Positions 59,253-64,000 of a stretch of DNA of 64,000 nucleotides are shown piece by piece (within the stretch, counting starts at the first letter, position 1; each line of letters begins with the position of its first letter). The notes beneath the pieces were generated by a model that was not told the origin of the DNA, did not search any database, and saw only the letters and a program-made list of their open reading frames with translations. The position numbers and the translations under genes are program-made. Origin of the DNA: Longimicrobiales bacterium (GTDB lineage Bacteria > Gemmatimonadota > Gemmatimonadetes > Longimicrobiales > Gaopeijiaceae); assembly GCA_965202805.1 (NCBI GenBank), contig OZ241869.1, forward strand, positions 640,001 to 704,000. The letters are read 5' to 3'.

Positions 59253-59953
59253 GCCACCCTCTCTCGCGCGCAGTGCGCCACCAGGGACTCGAACACGCCG
59301 AGCCCGTCGGTCGAGCCCAGGACGCCTTCCGCGGCCCGCTCCGGGTGGGGCATGAGCCCGAGCACGTTCCCGGCGGCGTTCACGATCCCGGCAATGTCGT
59401 TGGCCGAGCCGTTGGGGTTGCCGCCGGCCTCGCGCGCTCCCTCGCGGGTGGTGTAGCGGAAGACGACGCGCCGGTCGGCCTCGAGGCGCTCGAGGGTGGC
59501 CGGGTCGGCGATGTAGTTGCCCTCGGCGTGGGCGATCGGAATGCGCAGGACCTGGCCGGGGCGGTACGCGCGCGTGAACGCGGTGTCGGTGGTCTCGACG
59601 CGCACGTGCACGTCGTGGCTCCGGAACTTGAGCGAGTCGTTGCGCCTGAGCGCGCCCGGGAGCAGCCCGGCCTCGCACAGGATCTGGAAGCCGTTGCAGA
59701 TCCCCAGCACGATGCCGCCGCGCCCGGCGTAGCGCACCACGGCCTCCACGATGGGGCTGAAGCGCGCGATGGCGCCGGCGCGCAGGTAGTCTCCGTAGGA
59801 GAAGCCGCCCGGAAGCACCACCAGGTCGGGGTCGCCCAGCTCGCGCTCGCGGTGCCAGATGAAGCGGGTATCGACCCCCATGACCTTGCGCAGCACCTGC
59901 AGGCAGTCGTAGTCGCAGTTGGAGCCCGGAAAGGTCACGACCACCGCTCTCAT
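59249..59953 (-). CDS. purQ: FGAM synthase glutaminase subunit PurQ
   Basis: [31 protein letters not shown]. Confidence 0.97.
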   Translation of the reverse strand: MRAVVVTFPGSNCDYDCLQVLRKVMGVDTRFIWHRERELGDPDLVVLPGGFSYGDYLRAGAIARFSPIVEAVVRYAGRGGIVLGICNGFQILCEAGLLPGALRRNDSLKFRSHDVHVRVETTDTAFTRAYRPGQVLRIPIAHAEGNYIADPATLERLEADRRVVFRYTTREGAREAGGNPNGSANDIAGIVNAAGNVLGLMPHPERAAEGVLGSTDGLGVFESLVAHCARERVA

Positions 59954-60228
59954 GTCGCCGCCTCCGCCTGCGCGGCGGCGTGCGCGACTTCGATGGCGAA
60001 GTCCTCGGTCACCGGATTCGCGAGCAGCTTGTCGCACATCCGGGTGGCCCGGGCGGCGGCCTCATCCGGAGAACCGGCTTCGAGCTCGATCACGAGCAGC
60101 TTGCCGGCGCGCACCTCCCCGACACCCGCGAAGCCCAGGGAATCGAGGGCGTGCCGGATGGCCTTCCCCTGTGGGTCCAGCAGTCCGCGGCGGGGGGTCA
60201 CGCGGATCTCGATGGCGTACACGCTCAA
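59950..60228 (-). CDS. purS: FGAM synthase subunit PurS
   Basis: [20 protein letters not shown]. Confidence 0.95.
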   Translation of the reverse strand: MSVYAIEIRVTPRRGLLDPQGKAIRHALDSLGFAGVGEVRAGKLLVIELEAGSPDEAAARATRMCDKLLANPVTEDFAIEVAHAAAQAEAAT

Positions 60229-61154
60229 GTTGATTCCTCCGTGCCGTTGCCGTCCGGCGGGGTGGTCCGCCGGCGCCGGACGAGTCGATTGCGCCTGCGG
60301 GCGCGGTAGCGGGGGCCGAGGCCGCCGTAGTCGAGCGGCCGGGCTTCTTCGTCATCCCCGGGCTCGTCGTCCTCCTCCTCCTCATCCACTTCGAGGAGAG
60401 GGTCGCGCTCGGGGAGCCGGTCCAGGAAGCCGATCACCACCGACTTCAGCAGCCCCCAGACGGCGTATCCGAACAGGGCCGGAAAGAAGTAGTAGCGGGG
60501 GACGGCGATCGCGGTGACGGTCGCGGCCACGACGATGGCGCTGTTGATGCGGGTCCTGGGGGTGCGCAGCCCGACGCGGGGCATGCGCGCGTAGGGGACG
60601 TGGCTGAGCATCAGCGCGGAGAGCAGCACCATCAGGATGCCCATGATCTGGGTCCAGGGCAGGGTGCTCAGATAGGCTTCGAAGAAGGCGGTCTGGGTGA
60701 AGGGGTAGGAGGTCGCCAGCATCATCCCCGCAGCGGGCGACGGCAGCCCGTGGAACGAGCGCTTCGCCTCTCCGCCCTGCTCCACGTTGAACCGCGCCAG
60801 GCGAACCACGACCGCGGTCACGAAGAGGTAGGAGAGCAGCCAGCTCCAGGAGCCGTCGGCCCAGTAGAGCTGGTACATGACCATCGCCGGAGCCACGCCG
60901 AAGCTGACCGCGTCGGCCAGCGAGTCCAGCTCGGCGCCGAAGCGCGAGCCCGTGCGCGTGAAGCGCGCCATGCCGCCGTCGAAGGTGTCGAGGATGCCCG
61001 CGAACACGATGAACCAGGCGGCCCACTCGAAGGCGCCCCGCGACGCCATCACCATGGCGAAGACGCCGAAGAAGACGTTCCCCAGGGTAAAGGCGGAGGG
61101 GATGATGATGACGCCCCTCTGGAAGCGCCTGCGGCGCGCGCGCTTGCGGATCAT
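60225..61154 (-). CDS. pssA: CDP-diacylglycerol--serine O-phosphatidyltransferase
   Basis: PSAFTLGN and the CDP-alcohol motif DTFDGGMAR...SRFGAELDSLADAVSFGVAP, RLARFN. Confidence 0.9.
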   Translation of the reverse strand: MIRKRARRRRFQRGVIIIPSAFTLGNVFFGVFAMVMASRGAFEWAAWFIVFAGILDTFDGGMARFTRTGSRFGAELDSLADAVSFGVAPAMVMYQLYWADGSWSWLLSYLFVTAVVVRLARFNVEQGGEAKRSFHGLPSPAAGMMLATSYPFTQTAFFEAYLSTLPWTQIMGILMVLLSALMLSHVPYARMPRVGLRTPRTRINSAIVVAATVTAIAVPRYYFFPALFGYAVWGLLKSVVIGFLDRLPERDPLLEVDEEEEDDEPGDDEEARPLDYGGLGPRYRARRRNRLVRRRRTTPPDGNGTEEST

Positions 61155-61241
61155 GAAGTCCCCGGGGGGCGAAGGCGCGGGGTGTGCGCCGCCCCGGAGG
61201 GTGTCCGGCCTCGGCCTGCGGCCGCGATGGCGGTCATGGCG

Positions 61242-62213
61242 TCATCCGAAGCCGGGGCCCCTGTACTCGGCCAGCGGAACGCCCACCAGCCGCTGGAAGA
61301 TGTCCAGGTAGCGGGCCGTCGACTCCTCCACGATGCGGTCGGGGAGGTCGGGCGGGGGCGGCATCTTGTCCCAGGTCGTCTCGTGAGCCAGGTAGTCGCG
61401 CACCGGCTGCTTGTCCAGCGACGGCTGGCCCCTTCCGGTCGCGTAGTGCTCGGCGGGCCAGAAACGCGAGGAGTCGGGGGTCAGCACCTCGTCGATGAGG
61501 AGGAGCCGGCCATCTGAGTCCATCCCGAACTCGAACTTGGTGTCCGCGAGGATGATCCCCCGCTGGCGCGCGGTCTCGGATCCGGCGCCGTAGATGCCGA
61601 GCGAGAGGTCGCGCAGGGTCTCCGCCATGGGCCTGCCCAGCAGCTCCACCACCTGGTCGTAGGTGATGTTCTCGTCGTGGCCCTCGTGCGCCTTGGTCGA
61701 GGGGGAGAAGATGGGCGGGTCCATGCGGTCGCTCTCGATCATGCCGGGTGCGAGGGGCTCGCCGGCGAGGGTGCCGCTCCGGCGGTACTCCCGCCATGCC
61801 GACCCGGTGATGTAGCCGCGCACGATGCACTCGACCAGGATCGGCCGGGTGCGGCGCACCAGCATCGCCCGGCGCGCCCAGCTGTCGACGCTGTGCGCCA
61901 GTTCGGGGACCCGGTCGATGATCTCGTCCCGCCGCACTGCGAGCAGGTGGTGGTCGATGCCCCCCCGGGCGCCGGGCACGGGCGAGCGGGCGGAGAAGCG
62001 CGCCAGCCACCACGCGGTCAGCTGGGTGAGCACTTCGCCCTTGTGGGGGACGGGCTGGGGCAGGACCACGTCGAAGGCGCTCACGCGGTCGCTCGCCACC
62101 ATGAACAGGGTGTCCGGGCCCGCCTCGTAGACGTCCCGCACCTTGCCGCGGTGGAGAAGGGGGAGGGGGAGGGCGGAATCCACGATGGTCGTCACGTTCT
62201 CTTCGGGCTCCAT
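61242..62213 (-). CDS. purC: SAICAR synthetase
   Basis: GKVRDVY, SDRVSAFD, ECIVRGY, ADTKFEFG, DEVLTPDSSRFW. Confidence 0.97.
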   Translation of the reverse strand: MEPEENVTTIVDSALPLPLLHRGKVRDVYEAGPDTLFMVASDRVSAFDVVLPQPVPHKGEVLTQLTAWWLARFSARSPVPGARGGIDHHLLAVRRDEIIDRVPELAHSVDSWARRAMLVRRTRPILVECIVRGYITGSAWREYRRSGTLAGEPLAPGMIESDRMDPPIFSPSTKAHEGHDENITYDQVVELLGRPMAETLRDLSLGIYGAGSETARQRGIILADTKFEFGMDSDGRLLLIDEVLTPDSSRFWPAEHYATGRGQPSLDKQPVRDYLAHETTWDKMPPPPDLPDRIVEESTARYLDIFQRLVGVPLAEYRGPGFG

Positions 62214-62258
62214 GGCTGGGGGGTCAGGTTCTCCTCGGGCTCCATGGCCCCGGTGGGG

Positions 62259-63776
62259 TCAGACACGAATGTCGGGGGTGCCGAGTCGGGCGCGGGCTTC
62301 GGGGCCGAGGCGGTCGATGACCGGCTGCGCGAAGTCGTCGAGGAAGCGCTCTACCTGTTCGGGGGCGCGTCCGATGAAGCGCTCGCCCCGGAGAAGGTCG
62401 GCCAACTCGGGCGCGCCCAGGCCGAACGCGTCGTCGCCGGCGATGCGGGCGATCAGATCGGGGTCTCCGCCTTCCTCGCGCGCCTTCCGGGTGGCCGCGT
62501 GGGCGTGACGGCGGATGCGCTCGTGCAGCGCCTGGCGGTCGCCACCGCCCCGGGTCGCGCGCATGAGGATGGTCTCGGTGGCCATGAAGGGGAGCTGCTC
62601 GTCGAGCGAGCGGCGGATCACCGCTTCATTGACCACCAGCCCGGAGGAGACGTTTTCGACCAGAACCAGTATGCCGTCGAGGGTGAGGAAAGCGTCGGGG
62701 ATGCTGACACGCCGGTTTGCGGAGTCGTCGAGGCTCCGTTCCAGCCACTGGGTGGCGGCCGTGAACGCGCCATCCTGATACAGGGTGATGACGTGGCGGG
62801 AAAGGGCGCAAATCCGCTCGGCGCGCATCGGGTTGCGCTTGTAGGGCATGGCCGAAGAGCCGATCTGGGTGTCCTCGAAGGGCTCCTCGACTTCTCCCAG
62901 ATGTGAAAGCAGGCGCAGATCGTGGCCCATCTTGGACGTGGACGCGGCGGTGCCCGCGAGCGTCGCCAGAAGCGCGGCGTCCACCTTGCGCGGGTAGGTC
63001 TGACCGCTCACCGGGTAGCGGTGCTCGAAGCGCATGCGCCGGGCCACGGCGTCGTCCAGGGCGTCCACCCTCGCGGAGTCGCCGTCGAAGAGGTCGAGGA
63101 AGGAGGCCTGGCTGCCGGTGGTGCCGCGCACGCCCCTGAACCGGAGCGAACCGAGGCGAAACCCGATCTCCTCGATGTCGAGCAGCAGATCCTGGACCCA
63201 GAGCGTCGCCCGCTTGCCCACCGTGGTGGGCTGGGCGGGCTGGAAGTGGGTGTAGGCCAGCGTTGGGAGCGACCGGTGGCGGCGCGCGAAGCCTGCCAGC
63301 GCCTCGACGCAGCGCACCAGCCGGTCGCGGACCAGGGTGAGGGCTTCGCGATGCAGGATCAGGTCGGCGTTGTCGCCCACGAAGGCGCTGGTGGCGCCCA
63401 GGTGGATGATGCCCCGTGCGGCGGGCGCCACCTCGCCGAAGAGGTGGACGTGCGCCATCACGTCGTGGCGGAAGCGGCGCTCCAGCTCCGCGGCCCGGTC
63501 GAGATCCAGGTCGTCGACGCCGGCCCGCATCTGGCGGAGCGCTTCCGCGGAGATGTCCAGCCCGAGTTCGCGCTGCGATTCGGCCAGCGCGATCCAGAGC
63601 CGGCGCCAGGTCGTGAACTTGCGCGCCTGCGAGAAGATGTGCTGCATCTCGCGCGAGGCGTAGCGTCCCGAGAGGGGATGCACGTAGCCGCCGGAGGCGG
63701 ACTTCGCTGTTCTCGATGCCCCGGCCGCGGCTGCGCGGCCCGGGTCGCTGGCAGCCCGCGGACTGCTAGAGGTCAC
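62259..63776 (-). CDS. purB: Adenylosuccinate lyase
   Basis: RHDVMAH, HLGATS, THFQPAQPTTVGKR, GSSAMPYKRNP. Exact start uncertain. Confidence 0.96.
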   Translation of the reverse strand: MTSSSPRAASDPGRAAAAGASRTAKSASGGYVHPLSGRYASREMQHIFSQARKFTTWRRLWIALAESQRELGLDISAEALRQMRAGVDDLDLDRAAELERRFRHDVMAHVHLFGEVAPAARGIIHLGATSAFVGDNADLILHREALTLVRDRLVRCVEALAGFARRHRSLPTLAYTHFQPAQPTTVGKRATLWVQDLLLDIEEIGFRLGSLRFRGVRGTTGSQASFLDLFDGDSARVDALDDAVARRMRFEHRYPVSGQTYPRKVDAALLATLAGTAASTSKMGHDLRLLSHLGEVEEPFEDTQIGSSAMPYKRNPMRAERICALSRHVITLYQDGAFTAATQWLERSLDDSANRRVSIPDAFLTLDGILVLVENVSSGLVVNEAVIRRSLDEQLPFMATETILMRATRGGGDRQALHERIRRHAHAATRKAREEGGDPDLIARIAGDDAFGLGAPELADLLRGERFIGRAPEQVERFLDDFAQPVIDRLGPEARARLGTPDIRV

Positions 63777-64000
63777 GTCCCAGTTTCTCCCAGTCGGCCA
63801 GGAAGGCGGCCAGCCCGAGGTCGGTCAGCGGGTGGCGGATCAGCTTGTGCAGCACGCCCGCCGGCAGGGTGGCGACGTCGGCGCCCACCTCCAGCGACTC
63901 CACAACGTGGCGGGGGTGCCTGAGAGAGGCGGCCAGGATCTCCGTCCGCATGCCGTAGTTGTCGTAGATGACCCGGATCTGGCGGATCAGCTCCATGCCG
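63766..64000 (-). CDS. fsa: Transaldolase/fructose-6-phosphate aldolase, 3' part (truncated by window edge)
   Basis: ILAASLRHP...GADVAT...HPLTDLGL..FLADW. Confidence 0.9.
   Translation of the reverse strand, partial: GMELIRQIRVIYDNYGMRTEILAASLRHPRHVVESLEVGADVATLPAGVLHKLIRHPLTDLGLAAFLADWEKLGRDL

Overview
GC-rich bacterial chromosome segment. A SupA-type PKS, an ankyrin protein, TonB receptors, propeller lipoproteins and the pur operon layout suggest a marine-sponge symbiont, possibly Gemmatimonadota (inference). From left to right: (1) a complete type I Zorya anti-phage operon (zorABCD, minus strand) with an IS21 remnant, enclosed by two directly repeated, ~98% identical, intact vapBC toxin-antitoxin modules (722 bp each); (2) a TonB receptor, a supA-type PKS (KS-AT-DH-MT-ER-KR-ACP-KS-AT0), a free ACP and a second TonB receptor; (3) accessory secreted proteins, an SDR, an orphan third copy of the vapBC operator, a K+ channel and a tail-anchored ankyrin protein; (4) an unknown coupled two-gene module divergent from a DUF4011/helicase/Vsr-like/DUF3320 (Hhe-like) defence gene; (5) MazG-like-folE2, mog, a His-rich zinc protein, an acetamidase, hicAB and a cassette bracketed by a 50-bp inverted repeat; (6) tRNA-Ser(UGA) with downstream tRNA-derived repeats; (7) the core fsa-purB-purC-pssA-purS-purQ-purL-purF operon. 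Family calls come from motif recognition by eye, not database searches.
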